A stretch of 64,000 bases of DNA from Nageia nagi (Eukaryota; Plantae; Pinophyta). Of this stretch, positions 36,995-50,436 are shown in pieces. The notes beneath the pieces were generated by a model. It searched no databases, had not been told where the DNA came from, and worked only from the letters and a program-made list of their open reading frames with translations. The position numbers and the translations under genes are program-made. Location: positions 198,524,001 through 198,588,000 of the forward strand of contig JBITNC010000001.1 of NCBI GenBank assembly GCA_050084985.1, in the 5' to 3' direction. The first letter of the stretch is position 1; the number at the start of each line of letters is the position of its first letter.

Positions 36995-39900
36995 TTTTGT
37001 TCAAAATCCTTTCTCTTGAGTCCATTGTTGAAGTTGTTTTAACTGGTAAACAAAATTGGTCGGAGTGGTTTAAAAAGGTTTAACACACTCTCATTTTCAA
37101 TGAATTTTGGAAGGATATTTGTGAAGGAGATAATCTACCCACCAAACCAACTAATGACAAGGAGGTTGTGGTTTGGAATGATAAAAATAGTAAAGCATAT
37201 GCCTTAATTGTTGTTTTGGTTAGTGAAGAAGTTAATAGACATATCAACTACATAATTGAATGCACGCTTTAAAAAAGTTGAAAGATTTGTATGACTTCCA
37301 TCCAAATTAGAGCTAATTCAGTTGCAATTGAAGTTTGATGATCCCATGACGTTGATTTCAAAAATTCAAGCCATTATGCATGACATAAATTCTACAGGTG
37401 TGAAGATAGACATTGCTATCCTGGCCTTGATTAAGGCCCTCTACCCAACATATTCCCATTATCTTGAATCACTTCAAGTTAGTGGACAGTTGAAGGCACT
37501 CACATTGACACATTGGAAGATAAGATTGTGTGTTACCCGAAAAGGAAAGAATCAAGCCTAGGATTCTTCTAGAAGAGAGGGTAGCAAGCATGGTCAAGGC
37601 AGGAATAACAAAGGCAAGGGGGTAGCTCTAATCAAGGTGACAAAGGAGAGAGATTTAATCTTCATTGTGTTCAATGTGAAAAGAAAGGACATTATGCAAA
37701 AACATGTCAAACTCCATGAGATAAAATCAAAGACAAGCATGAAAATTGGGAGCATAAACATGAAAATAATAAGAACTTTGATTCTACTTATTTTGTTGTT
37801 GTTGAATGCAATGTTGGTTTTAATGATTTTCTCAATACTTTATTCGCAACATGCGAAGATGCATGGTTTCTATTATTGGTGCTACATGTCATACGAGATT
37901 TTGTAGAGACTTCTTTGAGGAGTTGAATGATAACATTGATAGTGCAATATACTTTTCCGATAGATCTAGCATTAAGCCTTCAAGGATTGGAACTATAAGA
38001 CTCAAATTGTTAGGTTTCCTAGATCTTGTTCTTCATGATGTTCTCTATCTTCCTAAATTAAGGAGAAACTTGCTTTCTCTAGTCCTAATTTGTCAACAAG
38101 GGAATTCAATTCACATGTTTGACGCCAAGGTGGAGATAAAATCTTCTAACAACAAGCTCGTGATGATTGGAGGGGAGGATGAGAAGTTGTTGAAGTTGAA
38201 AGGAACTTTTGTTCAATCTTCTCTCGCATCAAAGAAAAGGTGCACTTCCATCAAGTCTCTTGTGGCATGCTAGATTTGGGCACATTAATTATGATGATCT
38301 TCGTTTGATGAAGAAGAATGGTGTAAATGGTTTGCCCACTATGCCTAGAAATATAGAACCTTGTGAAGCATGCATCTTAGGGAAGCACAAACCTTTTGTT
38401 CATTCAAAATTGAGAGCATGTAGAAAACTTGGACTCATAAATTTTGATTTGTGTGGACCTTTTCCTATATCTTTTGTTGTTGAAAATAAATATATCATGA
38501 CTCATATTGATGGCTATACCAAGATGTGTAAGGTTTACTTGTTGGAAAATAAATATGATGCATCTCAAAAATTTAAAGAATTTCATGTTAGCATTGAAAA
38601 AGAAGCAAACACTCGTATTGGCACAATTCATTTTGATAACAAGGGTGAATAAATTTCTAATGAATTCAAGAACTATCTTGGCCAACATGGGATTAAACAT
38701 CAAACTACTGTTTCATATAACCCACAACAGAATGGTGTAGCAGAAAGAATGAATAGAAAAACTTTGAATATGGTCTGGACAATGTTGTTTTTTAAGAATG
38801 TGATATTGATGTTTAGGGGTGATGCAGTTCAATGTGTTGTGTATTTGAAAAATTGATGTCCTTTTCATGCTCTTGATAATAATAAGACTCCTTATGAAAT
38901 GTGGTATGGTCATATTCCTTCGGTTAGGCATCTCAAGGTTTTTGGTTCCACTTGTTATGCCTTAGTCCCTAAGGAACAAAGAAGCAAACTTGATGGTAGA
39001 AGTCATAAATGTATTTTCTTGGGGTATTCAAATACTATCAAGGGTTATAAGCTTTATGATGAGGTAAACAAGAAATTTTTGTTTGCAAGGGATATGGTTT
39101 TTCTTGAATGCTTGAATAGTGACATGGTTGTTGAGCAGTAGCTTAATCACCTAGACAGGTTTACGTGTGGAAAGCACTACATTGAGACCGGTTATGAGAT
39201 TCCAAATCTTGAAGATCGGGTTCTTATATTGGATCAAAATTTAGAATCTACACCACCTATTCTTGAAGAACAATAATCCCCTCATCCTGGAGATTCTTCC
39301 ATTTCATCAAAGTCAAAAATAGAAGGCTAGTTGGATGATATGATTGAAGGGATTAGTAGGCTCAATATTGATGGGAATGTAGAACCTTCTTAGCCATTAG
39401 AGCAACTTAAACCATTACAAACAATTCCAAAATGAGTGTTCATCCTAATGAAATGGGGAAAATGACAACTAGGAGTTCTATCAAGTTAGAGAAGTAGTAG
39501 AAAGTTCAAGTGATGTTGATAATATGAAATGTTCATTTGACTGTGAATTGAATTTTTTTACTAATTGTGAACCAACTTCCTATAAAGAAGCTATTTCTCA
39601 TGATGTGTGAAAAGATGCAATGAAAAAGGAATATGATGTTCTCATTAAGAACGGTACCTGAAGTTGGTAGATCCTTAATATGGAACCAAACCAATAGGTT
39701 GCAAGAGGGTCTCCAAAAACAAATATAAATCAAATGGCTTATGGCCAAGGGTTTTGCATAGAAAGAAGGTATTGAATATGATGAGATTTTTTCTCCAACA
39801 GCTAAGTGGGCTACCCTTTGTTCTTTATTGTCTATGTCAACTCAATATGGGTGGAAAGTTCATCAAATAGACATGAAGACCACATTCCTAAATGGTGATA

Positions 39901-42035
39901 TGAAATAGAATGTAAACATGACACAACTAGAAGGATTTGCAGTGAAAGGGCAAGAACATAAGATATGTAAGCTCATCAAGTCTTTGTATGACCTAAAGCA
40001 AGCTTCTCACACATGCTATGAAGAGATTGATAAGCATCTTTTGAAAATTAATTTTAAGCACTTTACCTTTGATGATGCAACATTGTTTATCAAGAAAGTT
40101 GGTAAGACCATTCTATATATTGTGGTGTATGTAAATGATCTTTTGATAACAAGGAACAATGAAAGGTACATTGCATCCATTAAAAAAGAATTGACGAAAT
40201 GTTTTGAAATGACAAATATGGGACATTTTCACTAGTACTTGGGTGTTGAAGTGAATCAAACATCAAGGAACTTATTCATTTTCCAAAGAAAGTACATTGG
40301 AGAATTGTTGTATAAATTTGGCATGGTAGATTGTAATCCTATTTCTACTCCAATGAAACAAAATTTGAAGTTGAAATCAATTAAAGAGAATCAATTTGAG
40401 GATGCTACAGAATATAAACAACTTGTAAAAAGTCTCATTTATCTAATCACAACTAGACCAAATATTTCATTTGTTGTTGGAATACTCTCATGATTTATGC
40501 AAAAACCATGTGAAGGACAATGGGTAGTTGTGATGTGCCTTAACTATTGCTATGCCAAAATTAGGAAGCCAAAAATCCAACGCACTAGCTAGAGCACTTT
40601 CCAAACTTAAAAACAATGCAAAAATGCCAACGTCAAACAATGATGCTCAAATTTGACACAAAATGTGGGATCCAAGGGCCCACGCCTCAATATATCATCA
40701 AATGGATCAAGTACAATGCAAGGAGCCACAAGTAGGCTTGACGTATGACTAGAGAAGCCAAATCAAACCCTCAACAATGTCAAAATGCTACTGAAAGGTT
40801 GACATTTGGAACTATGGATCTGGAACTAAATAACTGAAGTGACCAATGACTAAGGGTTTTCGTCCTTAGCCAAATCTAGTGAGGGCTACGTCCCACTAAA
40901 TCCTTCTCCTACATGGTTTTGTCCACAAGAGGCCCAAGAGATGACTCCACGCCACACTTTGAAAGAAAGATGACAAATATGATCAAAGCCACCTTCCAAA
41001 TGATGCACCAAGCCCCTTAATAGCCAAACGTTTCACTAGGAGGCCTAAATCTCACCTAGGAATCCATGCCAATGGAGTGCCACAAGAATCCATGCATGGA
41101 GGGTCTTGTGATGAGGTGCATTTGCAACAAGGAGTCATCCTAAGCTTAGCACTAGGATTCCACCTTGAGATGAGCACAATAAAGTCATTGGACCATTGTT
41201 ATTAAATAAAATAACACTACATGACTTAATCTATCCAAGGAGGGTGACGTCCCACATTGGGTTCACAATATGCCTTAAATACCCATCACTTGGTTACAAT
41301 AAATGCTTAAGTACAAATGCAATAGCTAAATAAGCACCTCTAACTACAAAATCACCCCTAATTAGCAAAATCACTCCTAAATTACTTTATCTCATGACCA
41401 AACGTCCCCTAGGGGTGGACGTCAAGCTCCCAATGGACTCCATGGGTCATTACATGTAACAAAAAGGCATAACTGTGAAAAAAGCACATGAAAGCAACAA
41501 CAAAGAGAGTACTTAGATATTTGAAAGGAACACAAGATTTTGGGCTCAAATATTCAAAGGTGGAAGACTTCATATTGATTGGAGATTCAAATTCAGACTT
41601 TGATGGTGATAAGGAGAATAGATATTCTTTTTCAGGCTATCTCATGAATCTTGGATCAATAGCTATCTCTTAGAGTCACAAAAACAATCCATTTCGACAA
41701 ATTCCACTACAAAGGCAGAATATGTGGCTACTGCAGAGGCAACAAAGGAGATAGTGTGACTCAGAAACATACTAGAATATTTGCAGGAGAAAGAAGTGCA
41801 TCCAACTCCACTTTTGATTAATAATATTTCTGCAATAAAATTGGCCAAGAATCCTAAATCTCATGATCGAACAAAGCACATCAATACAAAATATCATTTG
41901 ATTCGACATCATGTAGAGGTCAAGACAATTGAATTGAAACATTGTTCCATTAATGAGAAAACTGTAGACATTTTCACCAAGGCGTTTGAACGAGAAAAGT
42001 TCGAGAAGTTCAAAAAATGTTTAGGCTTACAAATA
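36995..42035 (+). pseudogene. Copia gag-pol polyprotein, decayed
   Basis: Zinc knuckle CVQCEKKGHYAKTC (~37666), LWHARFGHINY, DLCGP, PQQNGVAERMNR, KVFGSTCYA, KLIKSLYDLKQA, VYVNDLLI, KRVLRYLKGT and HDRTKHINTKYH. Confidence 0.95.
40529..41454 (-). mobile_element. Single LTR (~926 bp) inserted between Copia RT and RNase H
   Basis: Plus strand TGTGATG...CATTACA. Minus strand begins TGTAATGACCC and contains GTGGGACGTC like the other Gypsy LTRs. It interrupts KPCEGQW|..KRVLRYL. No TSD found. Confidence 0.7.
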
Positions 42036-43147
42036 CCCCTTTGGATTAAGGGTGGGAATGTTAGAAACATAATCTTTAGGATTATGATATTTGTATTATT
42101 AGTATTATTATTATAAATAATAAATTTGTAGTTATGTGTGATAGGGATTTTAGGATTTACATTAAAAAGAATATGAACAATCTTAGAGTAGCCAAATGAA
42201 CACCCTTGGAAGGTGAATCTATAATGTAACATCTTTCATGTATATATTCCTCTTTTGAATTCAATACACAACATTTTGCTTGGAGTTACATGTTGGGCCT
42301 GACATGTTAGTGGGAGAAGAATTCCTTCAAACGTCAAAAAATTCGATCACAAGAAGGAAACATCTGCTTTCATTAGTGTTTTTAGTCTCTCCCCTCTTTC
42401 ATGCATTTAGGAATGAAACAATGGAAAAAAATGAGGAAGAAAATATGTTTTAATGCTAAGATTCACTTTTGTTAGGTGTGTTGAGCCTCGACTCCCAAGT
42501 CAAGTTTGGGTTGAGAATCAGCTAAGTCAACAAAACGTGCGTGTTCAAGCCTAAGTGACTTGGCAAAGACAACTCAAACCCAAACTCATTGAGTTAGTCA
42601 AACTCGGTCCAAGTTTGATTACAAAGATCTAAACCATTTGAAGGAACATATAACATAAGACATATTTGCACTAATGGAAATAAAAATTTCAATCATGTAA
42701 CCAAAGATTCATACAAATTTGTGATATATAACATTCCAATTATAACAAGGATCAACATATATTAGAGCTTGTATGACCCTAAATTGCATTGACAGTGTTG
42801 CTATGTAATTTGGAAGATTAGAAAATATTATAATAAAATTCTTTTCTTGGTTGGTTCATCATTAAGGTTTATAAATTACAAATATGTCATAGAAAAAGGG
42901 AATCTCAGATAATCTTGTATATTTGTGGCAATAAGAAGAATATCTTGAATATATGGTATAAAGCTACCTTCAAAGATAGAGCTAAGCACTTCATTTTGAC
43001 AACTTTTGAAACTTTCAAGCAAGATATAGCTTTTTTGTTCAAAGCATATTTTGCCCAAATAGGAAAAGATAGACAAACTATCTCACTTAGTGCCAAAGCT
43101 AGAGCGCTTTCGATTGTGTTTAGAGATTTTCCATGTTTACTATCTTT

Positions 43148-46100
43148 CAAAATTGTCAGACTTGGACTCAGCGCTGACTCACTGAGGCCCACTCGGATTT
43201 AAGACTCGAGACTCAAGAAAAAAATCGACCGAACTCAACAAAAAATCGGCAAAATGAAAAATACAAAAAATACATATATTTTGACTGAAAACACAGTTTT
43301 TTCAATTCTATATTACTTATTACTATTATTAGTATCTTCCAGATGCTTACCTACTCAACATTATACAATCAACAATATACACAATTACAAATGGCGAATA
43401 GGAAGGGGAATAAGTTTATATTCATCAAAATGTTAAAACTTCAAAGTTCAAACTTCACAATACAAATTACAAAATGTGCCTATGAGGCTATGATGGCTGC
43501 AAAATAGTAATCTGTAATACAAAAGCTGCAACACACAATCTAATTACTATTATCTACGATGGCTGAGAACATCAATGTTTCAATGTTTTTTTCCCCTTTT
43601 CCCTAACATAAGATAGAAGCTCCTTTTGTGCCTGAGATATGGAACTAGATGCCACTTCGCCTTATGCCCTTTGCTCTTCCTGCCCCTTTTGCCATCTCAT
43701 CTGCTAGATTTTCAAGATCATCAAAAACAATATTGGGAATTTAGGATCCTCTGTGTGTAACTTTACAGGCTGATCCTCATCATCTAAAGACTCATCCTCA
43801 TCCCCTAAAAGCTGATCCTGTCCCTCTAAAGGCTGATCATCTGCGATCCATTCATTGGATGGATCAATGGCATCAAGTTTAATGGCCTCGTAATCTATAC
43901 CTACAATGTTTGCATCAAGTTCAATATCAATTTCTTAAATTTGTTTTCCAACTTAAAAGAATTGTATACCTCATAATCTAGATTCTAGATTCTATACCTG
44001 CAATTTTTTTATTGATGAGGTGTAGATTGTAGTGCACAAACAAAAGATCATTTAATTTTTCTTGCATTAAATCTGTTTCTCCTTTTGGGGTGAATGTTCT
44101 CAAACATACTCCAATTACACTCACAAGTAGAAGCACTACATGGCTGGGATAAAATGCGGATTGCAAAATTTTGTAAGTTAGGCATAAATGACCCAAAACC
44201 CTCCCACCATAAATCTGAAAAAAAATCCAATAAAAATAGATTTAAATTGTAAAATTAATAAATCACAAGTTCATATGTAAAAAAATGATACAAAGATTAA
44301 AAGTTTAAAAATTTAAAGTTTAATGTTTTAATTTTAAATTTAAATAACTTACGTGGCAGCAAAGTATCCACTGCTTTGGCACACTCAATGGAACTAAAAA
44401 GGATGCCACTGGCACTTTTATATGTTTTTATCTCATTCTGTATTGTTGTGCAAATGTTTGGATCAGCCACCAATCTATCAATAGCAATCCTCATTCCTGA
44501 TTGTACCTCATAATCCCCACATACTTTTCCAAACCAGAATTTGGGATTAAGATAGTAACCCGTTGCATGAAGAGGGCTATGAAGTTGGTGATCCCAATGA
44601 CGATCAATGATGTCCCACAAGGGTGTGTATTTGGGCTTCTTTTTGCCATAATGTTTAGCAATTGCCTGTTTGGCTCTTTCCATGGCCTCAAACAAATAAC
44701 CCATAAGTGGTTTTTCTCCATCAAAATGACGAAGAACTCTTACCAAAGGCTCTACTATCTGGAAAAAAAAAAACATTTAAATTCAATATAAAGTTTCAAG
44801 TTTTAAATTTTGAAACTTTATAGTTAAAACTTAATTTTGCAAATTGTACCTTAATGGCCTCCTCCATAGCAATCCAAAAGGGCTCCTCAAAAATGATTTC
44901 ATAGACCCTCTTCCATTCAGCCATGGCTTTGAACTTAGGTCCCTCTTTCGTATGCCACTTATCACCACAAACATCTGCTTCAATGAACCCTAAATATCAA
45001 AGTTATTAATGAAGTTAGTTAATTTGTTTTTAAATCAATAATAAAAAATTAATAAGAATGACCATGTGTAATTCATAATTATTAATTATCAACCTGTGTG
45101 TCGAAGAGACTCTGCAATGTAATAAAACTTGTGGCAAATCATGTAACACTAGGTCGTGCTATCTCCCTGCCACTAGTGTATTCCTTCATAAGATGCAACA
45201 CCCATGAATGATTATAAACAAATTTGAGCAGTTGCTTTGCCTTCTCTATAATCTCCGTAACCCAAGGCAATTTGCCAATGTCCTCCAGTAGCAAATCAAG
45301 ACAATGGGCTGCATATGGGGTCCATTTAGTGTCCCATATCTATACTCCAAAAGCCTTCCTGCTCTCTTGTACACTGAAGCATTGTCCGTGATGACTTGGA
45401 CAACATTTTCAGCCCCCACCTCATCCACTATGTTACCCAACAAACCTGCAAGGCGTACTCCATTCTTCACATATCCCTATGCATCTATAGATTTCAAGAA
45501 CACAACGCCATCACATGAAGCAACCAAGAAATTAATCAATGCCTTGCCCCTACCATCTTCTCAGCCATCTAACATAATCGTGCAACCTGATGTCCCCAAA
45601 GCCTCACGATGCTAATTAAGCAACATTTGAATGTCTTGCACAAACTCTTGAAGGAGAGGAAACCTCAAATCATGATATGAAGGCGGCTTAAATCCTGGTC
45701 CGCATGCTGCAATGGCCTCTACCATTTTCTTCCAGTATGGAGACCTACCCACATTGAATGAGATGTCTAAAAAAAACCAAAATGCAGCTATTGCCTTCCT
45801 GGCTGCCCTATGTTTCTCCTCATTCCATGTGGCCATAACATGCAATGTGGGTTGTGACCTTAGAGTGGAGCATGAAGGAAAAAAGCCTCCATGGTTTGCA
45901 ACTGAGGCAGTGCTAGAGGTAGTGCCACCATCCATGCCACTACTATCAAATAGTAGTGGTGCATATGTGGTACTTGTCTCTCCAATGGGGCTTCTATAGC
46001 CTCTTCACGTTTCCTTTTTACTTCCTTCTCCTATCTAAAATTAGTGAGAGATGCATTACACTCATTCATAACTTCAATGGGAGCTTTTGGGCATGGCCTA

Positions 46101-46781
46101 ACTTCTTTCCCTAGAATCCTAGCTAAGTGATGTTTGAGGCGGTTTATGCCTCCAGACATGTCCATGCCACAAAAGATGCATATCACGTTCCCTATTTTTT
46201 TTCCTAGTTTTCCATATTTCCATGCCATATCTTTCTTCCCTTCAAGTATTGTTTGTAAAGCGATACGTTGTGGCTAATCAGACCCACTAGCCATTATCCT
46301 ACAGCTGCACAAAGAAAAAAACAATAAAGATTCATAAGTTAAAAAAAAAAAATAGTAAAACCTAGCTTAAATCACAAGCTAAAAAAAATAGTAAACCCTA
46401 GCTTAAATCAGAAAGTAAAAAAAAAAGAAGAGTAAACCCTAGCTTAAATCACAAGCTAGAAAAAAAATAGTTAACTTAACCCTAGCAAGCAAAATGAAAA
46501 AAAAATTAGAAAAAGAAAGTAGAAGTTGAGAAATAAAATTACTTACCTCAAACTTTCAGCTTGTGGGTGTTAGATTCTTCCCAAACCCTAAAACAATCCT
46601 TCCAATGGAGAAAATCCATGTTCTCTAGCTGAAGAATGCTTGTTTCCCTCTCCCTTACCCTTCTCCCAACAGAAGCACAACAAAAATAGCAAACTTGCAA
46701 GTCAGACGAGTTCAAGCAACTGGGAATTGCGCATACTGACTCAAACTCGGGACTCGAGTCCTGGCGAGTCTATCAACTATG
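43148..46781 (-). mobile_element. hAT-superfamily DNA transposon, 3,634 bp
   Basis: Perfect 8-bp TSD CTATCTTT (43140-43147, 46782-46789). Imperfect 17-bp TIRs (12/17) and GACTCG subterminal repeats. Confidence 0.9.
43560..46294 (-). pseudogene. hAT transposase (BED finger, DUF659-like core, C-terminal dimerisation domain), intron-containing and disrupted
   Basis: AWKY...CIFC...GGINRLKHHLA, GPGFKPPSYHDLR, EVGAENVVQVITDNAS, PLHATGYYLNP and LQNFAIRILSQPCSASTCECNWSMF. AT-rich short introns, stops and frameshifts. Confidence 0.9.
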
Positions 46782-49599
46782 CTATCTTTCAAATTATTGT
46801 AACTTGTAGACACAAAATAAAGAACAACGTATTAAAATGAATACATTTATTTATGTCTACTACAGAAAATAGATTAATAGCTAAACTATAGTATAAAGAT
46901 CTACCAACTAAGATTTCAGAAATTGACTCGAGGACAGATTTTAGAAAGAACTTATTTGGATTAAGAGAGATTGTAAGTTTGTTAGTGGACAACCTATGTT
47001 CTTGGAGGGAAAACCCTGATTGAAGTTGATCATGATCACTCTAAAAATGATTCTATGGAAGATGATATTGAAATTGATATGCATATCATTCATAACAACC
47101 TAGTTCAACCCTGAGGGTTGCTAAGGCTCAAAACTCAAACGTTGGCATTTTGGGCTTGGGATGCAAGAGTGGTGGGCATTATTGGTCTTGGTTTTAGAGC
47201 ATTGGGAAATCTGGGCCTTGGTGGCAAAGCTTTGAGCATTCTAGGCCAGGATGCCAAAATGCAACTTTCTAGCCCAAATTCAACCTACACTTCACTTCTT
47301 TGGCCACACATGATTAACTAGATAATATCACCACAATGATGGAAGATAAAAAAACTTGTGAAAATGATATTGCTTTTGATTCTTGTTCTTTTTTCTCTTC
47401 CATCATATCTTATAATGAGTATTCAAGAGTGCTTTATATAAGATTTACAAATTTAATTTTGATTTCACCTAGATGGCCCAATTTAGAATAATGTGTATAA
47501 AGATGATGCTAAATTAAAGAAAATCACTTAAGTTATTTCAAAATAATCCCAAATGGCCTTAGAATTGACACTTTACATAAATTGAAATATTTAAATAAAT
47601 ACATTTCAAATAGCCAAAATGCAAATTCAAGTGAAACGAATGGTATTGACTATCAGTTTTGCATTGAGTTGCTTATGAAAGCCTTTGCTGAAACATGGTG
47701 TTCAACGCAAAATATTTGAAACCTGTAAAATAAAGATAGTTGGGAGAGATTGGTTTCCTATCTAGGATGGTCACAGGGGATATGATAATTCATGAGAGTG
47801 ATTGGGCACCCCCCTCCCCATTTGTTAGTAGCAATAAAACATGCAATAGATAAACATGAAATATAGATAAAACTAGATAATCTAGAAAGATAGTTTTAGA
47901 AAATGATACTAATATCATAACATGAATGATATGCATAATTTAGATAGATTCTCATCCTTTTTCCATAGTTTGTTGAATTGCCATGATGTTTTTCAAGAAG
48001 TAATTTTGAGGATATTCCATGACATTGGCATGAGGGTTAATGAGGCAAATGGTAGGGAGGCAAAAAAGGATAAGGAACAACCTAAGACACAACAAAATCT
48101 ATTTCTAGGTTAGTCGCAAATGGATTGTCATCTTGGAGTTTTAAGGCCAAAATTTTAGCACTCTAGGAAGCTAAATACATAACACCTCCATTCTAGAACA
48201 ATAGTCCAAGAATGCCCCCATTCTAAGATAATAGTCCCAGAACACTCATGTTCTTTAGAGCTATTGGTTGACTCAATTTCACAAAAGAGTGAAGGAGGTG
48301 GATCGAAAGGCAAAATAAGCAACATGACAAAGTTATGAAGAAATTCTCATCAGCCAATATATGCTACATGAGTTTTCTTTTCTTTTATTCTGTTGATAGG
48401 GCATCTAATGGTTATTCAAGGGCAACATGATTTTCTAAGACTAATCTTTATTATCTTAAATATCTTGATTTGTTGCATCATTATTGTTTGGAAAATCATT
48501 CTTTGGTTGATCTCATCTTCTTCGGTATCATAATCATAGTTTGTATCTGCACTATTTGAAAGGTGCATATCTGAATTGAAAATATCCCCATATGTATTTA
48601 TTCTAGCATCTTGTAGATCATAATGTTCATCATTGTTGATCGGAATATGTATTGTAGGTTGTCCTTTTATAGCTATTATTGCACTTATGAATTAGGCAAT
48701 AGTTTTAGATCCTTTAGGTTCAAAAGAATCCAAAGGTAGTGCAAATAAGGGTGAAGAAATTACCAAAGAAAATTAAGTTTGATACGAAAATGATGACCTA
48801 AATTTTAAAAACTAGGGCTTTTACAAATCAAGATTTTGGAAAACAAACCCAATAACCAAAAACCTAGGGTTTTGACAAAAAAACATAAATCTAAAATAAA
48901 GAGTTGGGTTCACCAAATTGTGGAAACAAATAAAAGAATAAGTATTAAATATGTAAAATTAATTGCTTTTATAGAAATGAAAAATTGGATTAATAGCCAA
49001 ATGCAATATATAAGAGTAACTAAGATTGTGCAATATGTACAAACGGATATATAAAGAAAAACTTATTTGGAATTGAGGGATCGAAGGTAGGTTGACAAAC
49101 AACTTGTGTTCTTGAAGGACAAATCTTGGTGTTTTGGAGCGAACAGACCATAGATTTGTGCTATGTCGGGCTGAAATCAACTTTCGGGATTGGTTTAAGG
49201 TCAATATAGGTCAAGGACCAAATTGTTACATTTTAGGACCTAAGGTCCCAAAATACTTGTGTTCTAGTATGCAAGGTCCAGAATGTTTGCACTCTAAGTA
49301 CAACACCATTCTAATGTGCAATGACTTTCTTTTAACACATTTCACGATGTTCAACTCATTTCTAGTGATCTTCTTGCATAGTTTTGTTGCAATACCTATG
49401 AATATGACTTATGGAAAGGTTTGGAAGAATGTTTGATCAATCATGAAATAGATATTAGTGTTAGAGCATTTCTTGTGAATTTTTCAAAAGTGCCTCTTAT
49501 ATCATATGAGCCTTAGCTCTTTGCTTTATATAAACTTGGCAAAATCTAATTTTGAATTCACCTAGGTACCTTGGTGAGAGCACCTAGACCAACATGTAC

Positions 49600-49871
49600 C
49601 ATAATTATCAGAATCAAAATCGGCAAAAAGTCATTTGGCTAACGAATCAGGATTAAACAGAAATCGGCAGAAAAATCAGCAAATAGGAAAAATCCATTAT
49701 ATATATATAGACAAAAATGGCTTTTTTGACCTCAAAAAGTGTTTTTTCTTGACCCAAACAATCTTTACCAAAAATTTGAAAAAATAAAAATAAGCAAAAT
49801 TGGTCGAGAATTAATCATTTACCTTAGATCCACAATCTAATTCGAGATTAATTGGGATTTTGATAACAATG
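49600..49871. mobile_element. hAT-type MITE, 272 bp
   Basis: TIRs CATAATTATCAGAATC / GATTTTGATAACAATG (13/16). Perfect 8-bp TSD ACATGTAC (49592-49599, 49872-49879). Confidence 0.85.
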
Positions 49872-50226
49872 ACATGTACATAAGATAGTGTGAAATTAGA
49901 GGACACTACTTAAGTTCATTTCTAATAATGATTCCAAATGGATCCAAAATTGACACTTTACATAAATCAAATAAAGCACTTAAATGTTTAATAAACACGT
50001 TTTAATATTTAAAATGCAAATTTAAGTGTCTATGTTAACATAAACATCCAACAACTCCAATACCTTCTCAACTTTTAGAAATAAATAGTTCAAAAAATGA
50101 ACAACACTGACTTCAAAGTATTGAAATAAAAAATTATTTGATTAATATTACTCAAAGCTACAAAATTCATTAATTTATATTCTAAAAATATCTTAGTTCT
50201 GCAGAAAATATACTAACTGCAGATCA

Positions 50227-50436
<210 letters not shown>

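Larger units (their letters stand above)
30225..42304 (+). mobile_element. Ty1/Copia LTR retrotransposon, decayed, with two nested insertions
   Basis: LTRs 30225-30464 and 42059-42304 (TGTTAG...CTGACA). PBS-like TTTGTATTAGAGTC, PPT GGATTAAGGGTGGGAA and TSD TGTTG/TGTTA. Domain order is gag-PR-INT-RT-RH. Confidence 0.95.
16448..42626 (-). mobile_element. Old internally deleted hAT element split by nested insertions (own sequence ~16448-17838, 30055-30224, 42305-42626)
   Basis: TIR-like CATAGTTGAGAAACTCG at 16448. hAT dimerisation-domain remnant at ~17040-17240, minus (NLQRFGIKVLRQACNASCCECN*SVFEHIHSKKRNKL). GACTC/AACTCG subterminal repeats and a degenerate TIR at 42610-42626. TSD only 5/8. Confidence 0.55.
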
